From contig JAHEAD010000005.1 of NCBI GenBank assembly GCA_019721075.1, positions 62,001 through 111,428 on the forward strand: a stretch of 49,428 nucleotides of DNA, read 5' to 3'. Numbering within the stretch: position 1 is the stretch's first letter; every line of letters begins with the position of its first letter. Shown one piece after another: positions 39,901-49,243 of this stretch. The translations under genes and the position numbers were made by a program. This DNA comes from Candidatus Sysuiplasma jiujiangense (GTDB taxonomy: Archaea; Thermoplasmatota; Thermoplasmata; Sysuiplasmatales; Sysuiplasmataceae). Below the pieces are notes generated by a model. The model did not search any database. It saw only the letters and a list, made by a program, of their open reading frames with translations, and was not told where the DNA came from.

Positions 39901-42290
39901 TGATGCACAGGCTTGAAAGCCTCTTTCTGGCAAAACGCCTGAAAATGGACAGTCATGACGGCTGGATTTGGATTAGAAACCATCCTTCCCAGGCAGACGT
40001 TGAAAGGAGCCTGGAAAAAGTACTGGTACGGCAGCTCGAATATTTCGGTCCTCAGACTTCCGAGGAACTATCATACAGGTTCAGGTGCAACGCCATAATA
40101 CAAAAGGCCGAAGAGCTGGTGTCAGAGGGACTCGTTTCAAAAGGTTATTTTGTTGCTGAGGAGGTCGAGCAATACATGCTCACGCGGGATTACCTGGCGC
40201 TCAGGAACACGGGCATCAAAGTTTACGATTTTGCCACGATCCAGAGGTACCTTTTCAGGAAGAGCATGCAGCCACTGCCATCCATAGAAGATTATTTCAG
40301 CAAGTTTTGCACCGCGGGAATGATACTCGACGTGTTTAACCGCGTTCCCACATTCAGCCGTGCCGAGTGGGAGACGCTTAGAAGCCGGGAAAAGATAGTT
40401 TCAGGCCGTTTTCTCAAGGGGAGGGTGAGATACGTACATGAAAACGATGTACCGCTGTTCGTGAGCGCCTATCGTGACGATTCCATTTCTGAGGAAGATA
40501 TGCTGGTTCTGGAAAAATTCAGGCAGATGGGTAAGGCAACTTCTCTTGCCATCATTCAGGAACTGAAGATAAACAGGGAGAGGGGAAGGGAGATCATAGA
40601 CAGGCTGGACAGGGGGCTCTGGCTCAAGAGGGTATTTGTCGAGGGAGAAGAATGGAGTGGAAGAAATGTTTACTCATATCTGGAGTGCAATACGACAGTC
40701 GCGGATGCCAGACAAAAAATTGTCGAACGGATAATAAGAGGGCAGGGTCCTATCAGAGCAGGCGAAATCAGGTCACAGACTGGATTCTGGGAAATGGACA
40801 TTGATGGCGCCGCAGAAAAGGCGGGCGCCATAAGGATAGTCGTCGGAGATGCTTCAAATCAGATGTACGTGATGCCTGAGGAACTTGGCCTGATAGAAGA
40901 GGCCGGACCGATGGAAGAGCACGGTTATATTCTTTCGATGCTCGACCCGTATGTACAGCCTCTCTGGGCCGAGGTCGCATCCAAGTACGGCGAAGGATGG
41001 TTCTACCCTATAGTCAACAGGGGGAGAGTCGCAGGAATGGCCGAAATATGGGTTATGGCAAGCTGCGTTGAGGTAAGGCAGCTAAACATGTCTTCGGAAG
41101 GAGAAGTCCCTTCGGCGGTATCGGCACTGACCCGTTTGAATAAACTGTATTCCCAATTCGGCCTGGATGTCCTCCGAATAAGGGAATTCAATTCAGAACC
41201 CATCGAAGAGCTGGATGTAAACCTATCCGAGCTGTTTACGGGTTCGAATTTTAAGAAGGTTAACGAAATGCTTGTCCTCGGAAACATTACAGATCAGTCA
41301 TTCGACAGAAAGAGGATCATTTCTTTCACACTTCAGAGACAGCATATCGAGCAGCAGTTTTCTGAAATAAGCGAAGCTATCGGCTTTCTGATGGGTTTGA
41401 GAAGCAACTATGAGGCAGTGCTAAGGATAAAGAGAATTCTCTCTCTTGAGTACGAACTCAGGGACAAGCGACTGTTGTTTGCCGAGATAATGCCTGAGCA
41501 CTCGGCCTATACGAACCAGCACTGGGCGTCCGTATGCAGAGCAGCGAAGGCAAAGAAACTTAGCAAGGTGGAAAATCATGTGCTTGATATAATCAAGGAA
41601 TTTGGCCCTGCAGGCAAAAAACAGGTAATGCAGTACTCGAACATGTCAAAGAGTTCAACGCAGGTGGCCATCAGAACGCTTTTCAGGAAGTCGATGATTG
41701 CGCTTGACGGAAACAGGCAGTATGTGGCAATACCGGAGAACAACATGACCCGCACTGAAAGCCTCAGATGCATTATGGAACAGCTGTTCAGACAGTTTGG
41801 CGCCTTGACTGCAGAGCAGCTTTCGAGAATGGTAAAATCGGAACTGAACATGAAACAGCTGCGTGACATGCTTTTCCAGATGGAATCAGAGGGAAAACTC
41901 ATCAAAGGTTACCTGGAGAAGGGAAGCGACTCCCTGTACTGGATTCTCGCTGAAGATCTGAAACAGCTGAGAAGAGCCCGTTTCTCAAGACGCTTCATCT
42001 CGACAATGGACGACAGGCTCTCTCTGCTCTTTGCCGATGATTCGAAAAGAATGTTCGGGCTGACCTCCGCGAATCTAGTATTCGCTGGTCCGGAACTTGT
42101 GGGCGCATTCAAGGGTCGCATAAAGGAAAACGAGGTCAAAGTCGACAAATTTGAGGGAAGACCGGAGATTAAGGAACTCATGCTGGATCTCGCTTCAGAA
42201 ATGGGTGTTGTGGTAAAGAGGAAAGGTACGCCCAGGGAGGAGGAATGGGACGTTGTGGGTTTCTACGAAAGAACGCATCCGGGCCGGTAA
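36909..42290 (+). CDS. lhr: Lhr family SF2 helicase with a large winged-helix C-terminal extension
   Basis: SPTGSGKT, YVSPLRAL, DELH, SAT, HHGSL, STSLELGIDIG, QRIGRSGH, PSW. 1793 aa. Confidence 0.93.
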   Translation: MPKAYERIEKQYTMAEVLSLMNPLIQRWFSSKFSELTEPQSYAVPLIHSKENIVVSSPTGSGKTMTAFLSIINELLNIQSQGKLEDRVYAVYVSPLRALANDINKNLNQPLQELTALASEMGIDAPKIRVAVRSGDTSSYERQKMVRKPPHIFITTPESLALTLSSPVFRTKFNRTGWVVLDELHEICDSKRGEFLSLTLERLADYCEDDFVRIGLSATMAPIVEMAAFLGGTDMAGRPRPVKIVEIKAQKSLDLGVICPVRDLNAVQADIANAKMYDELVNLIEKHTTTLVFTNTRSATESVAYKLKERGLVGIEAHHGSLSKVTRKDVEDQLKSGQLKCVISSTSLELGIDIGSIDLVCQIGSPKSVAKGLQRIGRSGHSIGRMSTGRLLVFDTDDLVECAVLTRSAMLNRIDRVDIPENSLDVLAQTIVGMSLEKKWSIDDAYALVKRSYCYRNLPKKDFLSVLRYLGSKGEFENVYSKIWLDESEGVFGKKKSARMIYFLNLGTIAEESSYDVVSERGVPLGQLSDKFVERLSSKDIFVLGGRSYEYIRARGMTVLVKDAKGRKPTVPSWTGEMLPRSFDLSEDVGRFRAEMESMLDKSDTELIEYITGNYSVDSWSARSIINYLREQKATIPVIPTNTDLVIEGVIHSDSGKRAIIYHFPFGRRTNDALARGFANAISQKYKCNTSVSVSDDNFLISVPKEIPLRNVHSLLHSRDLTAVLLSSLKDSELFKQRFRQVAARSFMILRNYRGKELSVSRQQLRSSTLLDQLGEIKDFPVVRETYNEILNDVMDIEHASAILRDIEEGKRNIHVFGYTDTPSPFSHSILLSGIADVILMEDKSSMLRELHRKVLSRVMGKDQRAYEFESDVVEKYFQSKWPRIDEMEQLPQLLRTVGPLIMLKERGTNIHLFTEKSHDVVREWALSLLEKGQLSTIWLDDIYFIPSDEEDEFSSLCKKRDLLPDESSATEVLSSKGLSVKELSKKLSLPNNEINELMHRLESLFLAKRLKMDSHDGWIWIRNHPSQADVERSLEKVLVRQLEYFGPQTSEELSYRFRCNAIIQKAEELVSEGLVSKGYFVAEEVEQYMLTRDYLALRNTGIKVYDFATIQRYLFRKSMQPLPSIEDYFSKFCTAGMILDVFNRVPTFSRAEWETLRSREKIVSGRFLKGRVRYVHENDVPLFVSAYRDDSISEEDMLVLEKFRQMGKATSLAIIQELKINRERGREIIDRLDRGLWLKRVFVEGEEWSGRNVYSYLECNTTVADARQKIVERIIRGQGPIRAGEIRSQTGFWEMDIDGAAEKAGAIRIVVGDASNQMYVMPEELGLIEEAGPMEEHGYILSMLDPYVQPLWAEVASKYGEGWFYPIVNRGRVAGMAEIWVMASCVEVRQLNMSSEGEVPSAVSALTRLNKLYSQFGLDVLRIREFNSEPIEELDVNLSELFTGSNFKKVNEMLVLGNITDQSFDRKRIISFTLQRQHIEQQFSEISEAIGFLMGLRSNYEAVLRIKRILSLEYELRDKRLLFAEIMPEHSAYTNQHWASVCRAAKAKKLSKVENHVLDIIKEFGPAGKKQVMQYSNMSKSSTQVAIRTLFRKSMIALDGNRQYVAIPENNMTRTESLRCIMEQLFRQFGALTAEQLSRMVKSELNMKQLRDMLFQMESEGKLIKGYLEKGSDSLYWILAEDLKQLRRARFSRRFISTMDDRLSLLFADDSKRMFGLTSANLVFAGPELVGAFKGRIKENEVKVDKFEGRPEIKELMLDLASEMGVVVKRKGTPREEEWDVVGFYERTHPGR

Positions 42291-42328
42291 TTCCACAAAA
42301 TCCGATGAACAACTATTTGTTATAGCTA

Positions 42329-43336
42329 GTGGATTTAGACACCGTGACGGTTCTGGTAGACGGGCTGGGAAGACGTATCAGCTATCTCAGAGTTTCAATT
42401 GCCGACAGCTGCAATCTGAAATGTGTCTATTGCATGCCTGCATCGGGAATGCACTTTACCAGAAGAACGGAGCTTATGAGCCCGGAAGAGATAGGCATCA
42501 TAGTGAGGGCAGCGTCCTCTCTTGGTACAAGGACAGTAAGGATTACCGGAGGGGAGCCTCTTACAAGACCCGACGTTGCGGAAATAGCGTCAAACATCTC
42601 TGCAGCACCTGGGGTCGAAGATATACCTATATCCACCAACGGCATCTTCCTGCTGGACAGGGCGGATGATCTCGCATCTTCCGGGGTGACAAGGGCCAAC
42701 GTGAGCCTGGATTCTCTGAATCCTGAGAAATTCAGGGAGGTTACGCGTGGCGGAGACGTAAAACGGGTTCTTGCGGGAATCAAAAGAGCGGCAGCCGCCG
42801 GTATGAATCCGGTTAAAATAAACACTGTGCTCATGAAAGGAGTGAACGACGGCGAGCTCATCGAGCTTGCGCGGTTTGCGCTCGAGAACTCTTTTCCAAT
42901 ACGTTTCATTGAGATGATGCCTCTTTCGAGCAATGTTGAATTTCAGCCTGAGCTGTTCTTTCCTGCATTCAGGGCAAAGGCGCTTCTGGAAAAGAAATTC
43001 AGTCTGTATTCGGGTGAAAAATCAGGTGGACAGGGCCCTGCGGTGTATTACGGCGTCGATGGATTCCAAAGCCCTATCGGTTTCATAACGCCGCTCAGCG
43101 GCAATTTCTGTGAAAGATGCAACAGGGTGAGGATTACATCGAAGGGGAAATTGCGCATGTGTTTATTCGGAGACGATATGTTCGATCTTCTCTCCGTGAT
43201 ACGAAATGGCGGTGGAACTGGAGAAGTTGCGGCTGTGATAAAGCAGTGTATTCGGGCGAAACCTGAAAAACACCATCTGGGAGTAGGAAAGACAAGCAGC
43301 GTAACGCTCGAAGCAATGTCGCAGGTTGGCGGCTGA
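42329..43336 (+). CDS. moaA: GTP 3',8-cyclase
   Basis: YLRVS, CNLKCVYCMP, TGGEP, RFIEMMP, FCERCNRVR...C, C-terminal MSQVGG. Confidence 0.96.
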   Translation: MDLDTVTVLVDGLGRRISYLRVSIADSCNLKCVYCMPASGMHFTRRTELMSPEEIGIIVRAASSLGTRTVRITGGEPLTRPDVAEIASNISAAPGVEDIPISTNGIFLLDRADDLASSGVTRANVSLDSLNPEKFREVTRGGDVKRVLAGIKRAAAAGMNPVKINTVLMKGVNDGELIELARFALENSFPIRFIEMMPLSSNVEFQPELFFPAFRAKALLEKKFSLYSGEKSGGQGPAVYYGVDGFQSPIGFITPLSGNFCERCNRVRITSKGKLRMCLFGDDMFDLLSVIRNGGGTGEVAAVIKQCIRAKPEKHHLGVGKTSSVTLEAMSQVGG

Positions 43337-43423
43337 TACATTCTATTAATTACTCGTAGAGAAATTCGATACAAAAAGTATATGTGCCTTAGGGCAAAAT
43401 TGTATGGACTGAGGATTAGCCCA

Positions 43424-44989
43424 ATGACAGGTCCGGATGATATTTGTCCCGTCTGTGATTCAAAGATAAGCCCTGGAGCGCAGAACTGCGATGTATGCGG
43501 TGCAGATCTCATGCTGCTCAGAAACAATGGAGCAGCAGTGTACGTGTGCCCGGAATGCGGAAACGAGCTGCTTGAGCAGTCAACAAAATGTCCCAAATGC
43601 GGCGTCGAGTTTACCAGGGAGGAGGCACCTTCATCATCAGAAGAAGTGATATTTCAGTGCCCTGTATGCAATGCTGAAGTTCCCTCTAATGCAAATAAAT
43701 GCCCTTCCTGTGGTGTAGAATTTCTGAGTGAGGAGGATGCCGGCGCGGCCGGCGAAGTGCCCGTAAGCGTGAACTCTGTGCCGGCAATTGAACCTGTCAC
43801 TGCGCCGGATCTTTCAGAATTCAAGCTGGAAAAGGAACCGATGAAAGCTGAAGATGTAATTGGAGAAGTAGAGCAGGCCTTTGGGCATAAAGAAAATATT
43901 CAGGCAGCCGAAAGCGCTGAAGTCAGTCAGCAGGCAATTTCTAAAGCCACGCCCACTCAGCAGGCTCAGGTTCATACGCCGTCAATGGAAAACAGGGTCA
44001 CTCAGTCAAATCAGACAAGTGATTTGACAGGCGACAAGGGAAGCAGACGGAAGGGGCTGTTTACATTCATCAAACGGGGCAGGAAACAGGACGAAACCGG
44101 TATCGTTTCCGATGCGCCTGGATCTTCAACCGCCCAGCATTCGCCAGGCTCTGCCAAAGAGGAGCAATACCTCCCCCCTCCGGCTGTCCGGACCGCAACA
44201 GAATTTGACAATTCGGCTATGAGATCGATGGTTCAGAATATAAGATCCGTTCTGAAATTCGCCGGAGATGTCAATGCGGATATAACAGACGGCAAACAGT
44301 ATCTTGACAGGTCGCTTGACTATCTTCAGAAGGGTCAGCATCAGGACGCTGAAAAATTCATCAAACTCGCCAAAACGTCCCTGGAGGAATCCGTGCAGGG
44401 TTATTTCAGCGAAAAGATGGAAATAATGAGGAAGCAGCTTGAAATCGAAAATTTCGGCCAGGAAAGAAAGAAATTCCTGGAATCAAAAGTCAGGGACGTA
44501 TCCTCTCTATCGAAAGCCGGTAAATATGATGAAGCACAGTCGATTGTCGTCCAGTTCCAGTCTGAACTTTCAACCAAAGCATCCCAGTATGGCGAGGCAC
44601 AGGAAATGTGCGACGATCTCGAGCTGCTTCTAAACTGTGCGGACGACATCGGTCTGGACTACGACGGCTCAAGGATGATATTCAGTGAAGCGAAAAAACA
44701 GCTTGCAACAGGGGATTGGAGTTCCGCGCTCATTCTTGCAAAGCAGTCCAGGGAGTCTCTTATGCGTACAATTCCATCGAAACTCTCCAATGAGATGAGC
44801 AGGGCCAAGAATGATATTATTGACGCAAAGATAAGCGGTTTTCAGGTCGGGGAGATGATTGCTCTGCTTAAACAGGCAAGCGCAGCGTACAACGAGGGAA
44901 AATACGATGAAGCGCTGCGTTACATAGCTCACCTAAGGAAACAGTTTGACGGTATCAGGTCGAAAAATAAAGAGGGCCCGATGCAATAA
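43424..44989 (+). CDS. Multi-zinc-ribbon protein with a disordered linker and C-terminal helical repeats
   Basis: Six CxxC pairs at the N-terminus, S/E/P/Q-rich linker, helical C-terminus. ATG 43424 after GAGGA. Confidence 0.85.
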   Translation: MTGPDDICPVCDSKISPGAQNCDVCGADLMLLRNNGAAVYVCPECGNELLEQSTKCPKCGVEFTREEAPSSSEEVIFQCPVCNAEVPSNANKCPSCGVEFLSEEDAGAAGEVPVSVNSVPAIEPVTAPDLSEFKLEKEPMKAEDVIGEVEQAFGHKENIQAAESAEVSQQAISKATPTQQAQVHTPSMENRVTQSNQTSDLTGDKGSRRKGLFTFIKRGRKQDETGIVSDAPGSSTAQHSPGSAKEEQYLPPPAVRTATEFDNSAMRSMVQNIRSVLKFAGDVNADITDGKQYLDRSLDYLQKGQHQDAEKFIKLAKTSLEESVQGYFSEKMEIMRKQLEIENFGQERKKFLESKVRDVSSLSKAGKYDEAQSIVVQFQSELSTKASQYGEAQEMCDDLELLLNCADDIGLDYDGSRMIFSEAKKQLATGDWSSALILAKQSRESLMRTIPSKLSNEMSRAKNDIIDAKISGFQVGEMIALLKQASAAYNEGKYDEALRYIAHLRKQFDGIRSKNKEGPMQ

Positions 44990-45066
44990 ATACGATTGCA
45001 CTCATTTCCTTTGCCGCAGAAGCGCAGACAAAAGGTATTTACATCACATTATAATGACGCTTGGGA

Positions 45067-45140
45067 GGGCCCATAGCTTAGTCTGGCGGAGCGTCTGGCT
45101 CATAACCAGATGGTCGTCGGTTCAAATCCGACTGGGCCCA
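45067..45140 (+). tRNA. tRNA with CAT anticodon, most likely tRNA-Ile2 (agmatidine-modified)
   Basis: GGGCCCA/TGGGCCC acceptor, TCTGG CT CAT AA CCAGA, GTCGG TTCAAAT CCGAC. Lacks the initiator A1:U72 pair and GGG/CCC anticodon stem, and a GGGCCC acceptor is typical of archaeal Ile tRNAs. Confidence 0.9.
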
Positions 45141-45345
45141 TTCTCAAGTCTGCTGTTACCCTTATTTTCCCTTGTTCCTGCCGATTGCCGGGGAAGTCGT
45201 AATTGCCATAGCTGGTGGAAGGGAAGAGGTTGCAAACCGGCTGTTGTTGTACATAATACGCCGATTGCTCCAACGGTAGGTTGTTTTCAGTCACATGGTA
45301 CTTCTCAATCGGTCCTCGTGTTATTCCGTGGTTATTTATGCCGGC

Positions 45346-45948
45346 CTATCTTGGCTGTTTAAAATAGGCAACTACCCTAGGTCTTGTCAGGTAGTAGAGC
45401 AAAACAATGCCTATTATTGTTCCAACAGGTATGACGAACAGTTCCAGCACGGCGCCTATCATCATTAAAATCCTTCCCCAATTCCTTCCGGTTAGGAAAG
45501 CGATGGCAAAGAACAGTGGAAGCAATGAGATGGCTAACAACAGAATGACGATTCCCGGAGCAAACAGCGAAATGAAGGTAGCTACAAACAGAGTTATAAA
45601 AAAATCGACAATTGCAAAGATTATCTGGACTATGCCAATTATCGTTACTCCAGTCGGTCTCTGAATCCGTGCAGGTGGATTCGGTCCGAATTGGTTTGAG
45701 CCGCATTGCTGGCAGTACATAACACCCGCAGGATTCAGATGCCCGCAAACCTGGCAGTATTTAACTTGTGCGGCTGCTCCCTGGGACGAAGCTGTCTGGG
45801 ATATGACAGCAGGAGGAGCAGAAGTCGAGACGTTAATTGCTGCGGATGTCAGCCCCTGCCTGTCGCTCTTGTTCAGAGCTTTTCCACATGAGTTACAGAA
45901 TGTATCGCTGTCACCAACAGGTTTTCCGCACGCAGGACAAAACGGCAT
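45346..45948 (-). CDS. Zinc-ribbon membrane protein
   Basis: MPFCPACG..FCNSCG, CQVCG..YCQQCG, RPTGVTII followed by about 3 TM. Confidence 0.85.
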   Translation of the reverse strand: MPFCPACGKPVGDSDTFCNSCGKALNKSDRQGLTSAAINVSTSAPPAVISQTASSQGAAAQVKYCQVCGHLNPAGVMYCQQCGSNQFGPNPPARIQRPTGVTIIGIVQIIFAIVDFFITLFVATFISLFAPGIVILLLAISLLPLFFAIAFLTGRNWGRILMMIGAVLELFVIPVGTIIGIVLLYYLTRPRVVAYFKQPR

Positions 45949-45968
45949 GACACGTAAGCTGTCTCTTG

Positions 45969-45984
45969 ATTTATATATATTTCG
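45969..45984 (-). promoter_or_regulatory. BRE/TATA promoter, probably leaderless transcript
   Basis: Minus-strand CGAAATATATATAAAT ends about 20 nt before ATG 45948. Confidence 0.55.
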
Positions 45985-46404
45985 CACATGGGATAATACA
46001 GACTGCTTCCTTCTGAGTTTTTGAAATCGATTCGACTCATATCGTACCTGATGCCAGTTTTTTGCCTGTTTGAGCCTGAGTAAAGAATCCGTTCCATTCA
46101 AATCACTCTTCTGTTTTTGGAATTCGTTTTAACTTCGACAGCAGGCGCAAATTGGAAAGTTGCCAGGCTCGATAATCTTCAATTACATTTCGATAAAATA
46201 GTAATTTAACGCCGGGGTTCAAATCGATAAAGCTGTCATTCATTCCGGCTTTCATAGAAATGGCTGAATGCTGTCAGAGGATGTTACGCGCGCTTTCACT
46301 GTTAATCTGAAGCAGCTTTCATTAGGGCACCGTGAAGATTCGCCTATCTCACATTTCTGTTAAATAGTCGAAACCGAATTTCAAGACATGAAGGAGGACT
46401 CCAT

Positions 46405-46941
46405 ATGAAAGAAGGAACGGATACAACAGAAAGCATTGTTAATAATGTCAATCTCAAACTCATAGAACGCACTAAAGATAGATCGAACCTGGGCGGGGGC
46501 CATTTTCCGGTCGAGAAGACATTACAGGGTGAATTCAGGTTCGATGGCAGTCCAATGTTTACGGGCGAACTAAAATCCGAGTCGGCCTCGTTCATTGTCG
46601 GCGTTGATGAACCATCGGTGCTGGGCGGGAGAGGAGTTTATACAACCCCGCTGAGCTATCTCCTCTTCGGCGTCGTTTCCTGTTTTGCCAATACCCTCGC
46701 GATCCAGTGTGCCATTGAAAATATAAAACTCAAGAGACTCCGTCTTACAGGAAAACTCACTTACGACATCGGTCCGGTCCTGACAGCGTACGACTTTCCG
46801 CTGATCAATAAGCTGGAGATAGAAGTAGAAGCGGATACCGACATAAGAGCAATAGTTGAAGCATCCAGACCTAAATGCCCTGCGCTCTATGCCATTACGC
46901 ATTCCATTGAGAGTACCGTAAAAACAACAGTTGCGAATTAG
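46405..46941 (+). CDS. OsmC/Ohr-like family protein
   Basis: DEPSVLGG.G...TPLSYLLFGVVSC and a second Cys in KCP. SD GGAGG. Confidence 0.88.
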   Translation: MKEGTDTTESIVNNVNLKLIERTKDRSNLGGGHFPVEKTLQGEFRFDGSPMFTGELKSESASFIVGVDEPSVLGGRGVYTTPLSYLLFGVVSCFANTLAIQCAIENIKLKRLRLTGKLTYDIGPVLTAYDFPLINKLEIEVEADTDIRAIVEASRPKCPALYAITHSIESTVKTTVAN

Positions 46942-46945
46942 CCGC

Positions 46946-47320
46946 CTATTTTATACCAACCTTTGAACCGGATCTCAGATAACTGTCCGTACCTGAAATC
47001 CAATCCTGCCTCGGGGGGCTGAATATGTCGACGTCTATTGTATCCTCAACAGCTACCGCCTTGTGTACGCTATTTGGCGGGATAACAAGTGTTTCCCCTT
47101 CTTTTAATATGAATTTTTCTCCATCTATTTCGAATTCGAGAGCTCCTTTCATTATCCATGTTATCTGTTCATTCTCATGATGATGTGCCGGGACTACGCA
47201 TCCTTTTTTGAGCAAAAGTTTGGCAACCATCGCCTTCTCGCCATAAACCATCTGGCGCTCGATAAGATCGCTCACGTGCTCCTTCTTAACGGAATCCCAG
47301 TGCTGTCTCTTGAGGTTCAT
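46946..47320 (-). CDS. Cupin domain protein
   Basis: VPAHHHENEQ...G, IPPNSVH, DIFSPPRQD. Confidence 0.9.
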   Translation of the reverse strand: MNLKRQHWDSVKKEHVSDLIERQMVYGEKAMVAKLLLKKGCVVPAHHHENEQITWIMKGALEFEIDGEKFILKEGETLVIPPNSVHKAVAVEDTIDVDIFSPPRQDWISGTDSYLRSGSKVGIK

Positions 47321-47473
47321 TCTTCTAGGTAATACCATGTCAATATTTTACATTTTCTCAGGTCTGACCAACGCGGTTCATTTAGAATGCTGATCGAATT
47401 TCTACTCGCCCAATTCATTCTATCAGCCGCTTATCATCACGCGCTGAAGGGAGCAAATGTATACAGGCATGAA

Positions 47474-48259
47474 TCAGAACGGGAATCGCACATATCCCCC
47501 ATCGATCTGTATGTTCGTGCCTGTTATGTAGGACGCATCATCCGAACAGAGATATGCAACGAGCGATCCTATCTCCTCCGGTGCGGCAAACCTTTTGACA
47601 GGTATAGACCGCATTATGCCATTGAGCGCTTCTTCATAGGTTATTCCTCCCTCTTCACTCCGGCTTCTGGCAATATTCCTCACCCTGTCAGTGAGGACGT
47701 ATCCCTGCGAAATGCTGTTGACTGTGATACCCATGGAGGCTTTTTCAAGTGAAACAACTTTAGCCAGATTCACCAGCGCAGATCTCAAAGATCCAGAAAT
47801 CGAGAAATTTTCGATGCCCATTTTCGTCGTCATTGAAGTCACAAAGACAATCCTCCCTCCTCTTTCCCTCATGTCCTTTAATGAAGCTTTTGTGAGGTAA
47901 ATTGTGGACCTCAGAAACATTGCAATGTTTTCATCCCAGTCGGCGTCTGTGAGATCCTCAAAAGGAGCGAGTTTAGGGTCGCCGTAGTTCATTATCAGAA
48001 AATCTATTTTACCGAGGCTCTCGTGCACAAAATCCATCAGCCTCTCCAAATCCCTTCTGTCACGGAGATCTGCCTTGCAATATGATACCTGATTTTTTGT
48101 CTCATTCTCGATCTCAACCGCAGCATCACTCAATTTAACAGAATCTCTCGAAAAAATAATTACTCTGCAGCCTTCTTTGCTCAGAACGCGGGCTATTCCT
48201 TTCCCGATACCTGAACTTCCTGCGGCAACAACCGCGATCTTTCCGCTTATATTTTTCAT
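47474..48259 (-). CDS. Short-chain dehydrogenase/reductase
   Basis: AAGSSGIG, ITVNSISQG, PEEIG, YITG..IQIDGG. Atypical S-x3-R in place of YxxxK. Confidence 0.9.
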   Translation of the reverse strand: MKNISGKIAVVAAGSSGIGKGIARVLSKEGCRVIIFSRDSVKLSDAAVEIENETKNQVSYCKADLRDRRDLERLMDFVHESLGKIDFLIMNYGDPKLAPFEDLTDADWDENIAMFLRSTIYLTKASLKDMRERGGRIVFVTSMTTKMGIENFSISGSLRSALVNLAKVVSLEKASMGITVNSISQGYVLTDRVRNIARSRSEEGGITYEEALNGIMRSIPVKRFAAPEEIGSLVAYLCSDDASYITGTNIQIDGGYVRFPF

Positions 48260-48475
48260 GGTGTTTGCATGCCAGTGTTTCTTTAAACTGTTTACTAACT
48301 GAACTTGTATCATGTCTTCTGTCTCCATGACAAGTCAGAATTTTGCTATCTGAAGGAACAGATTTGAACAGACTGAAGACATTCCAGACAAACAGCAGAC
48401 AGAGAGGACAACTTTTGGAAGAAATTGTGTTAAATCAAAGTAAAATTATTATATTGACACAAATTATCAGTCCAC

Positions 48476-49132
48476 ATGGATGTCAAGAACATCATAGACC
48501 TTACTGCTGAAGTCAGGACATATATGCCAGTCTGGGTCACAGCTCCTCTGCCGAACATCAATCCGATTGGAATAGTGAGCAGAGACGGATACAATTTTGA
48601 AACTATTTCAGCAGGAACACATACCGGAACCCATATAGACGCTCCATACCATTTTGATGAAAACGGGAGAACAGTAGATCAAATAGAATTGAAAACACTT
48701 GTCGCAGAAGGCATCTGTTTACAGGTAAAGGCTAACGAAAAAAAGGAGATCGGCCTTCAGGAACTCAAATCGAAATGGAAAAGGGAATTTGACGGAAAGA
48801 TCATTCTTCTGAATACGGGCTGGAGCAAGAAGAGAGCTTTTACAAAGGAGTTTCTTATGGATTTCCCCGGACTCGGGATGGACACCACGGATTTCCTCAT
48901 AGAACACAAAATTAAACTCATTGGAATTGACACACTTGGAATAGATCCCTATGTCCACAGAGATTTCGAAGTTCACAAGGCATTGCTTACCAGGGACTTC
49001 TGCTTCATCGAGGATCTTGCCAACCTCGATTCACTGGTAGAGGGGAAAAAATATCTAATCGTGGCACTACCACTCAAGTTAAAGGGAGCTAGCGGCTCAA
49101 TGGCCAGAGTGGTTGCGCTGGATATTTTTTAG
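48476..49132 (+). CDS. Cyclase family metal hydrolase (kynurenine formamidase-like)
   Basis: HTGTHIDAPYH, GIDT, IEDL, PLKL.GASGS.ARV. Confidence 0.92.
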   Translation: MDVKNIIDLTAEVRTYMPVWVTAPLPNINPIGIVSRDGYNFETISAGTHTGTHIDAPYHFDENGRTVDQIELKTLVAEGICLQVKANEKKEIGLQELKSKWKREFDGKIILLNTGWSKKRAFTKEFLMDFPGLGMDTTDFLIEHKIKLIGIDTLGIDPYVHRDFEVHKALLTRDFCFIEDLANLDSLVEGKKYLIVALPLKLKGASGSMARVVALDIF

Positions 49133-49243
49133 TCATGCGCATTGTTGGAAACCACTTAAAAAGCCACTTAGATACAACGAATAAAGAAAGGGGGTAATTA
49201 GCAGCAGGAAACTTCAATACCATATGTGCTTATGTAGGGTCAA

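Noticed and set aside
45067..45140. Calling the CAT tRNA initiator or elongator Met
   Set aside because: It lacks initiator hallmarks and has an Ile-type GGGCCC acceptor. Elongator Met cannot be fully excluded without isotype models.
44946..45362. 138-aa plus-strand ORF and 64-aa minus-strand ORF
   Set aside because: They overlap tRNA-Ile2 (MGPVGFEPT is the classic tRNA antisense artefact).
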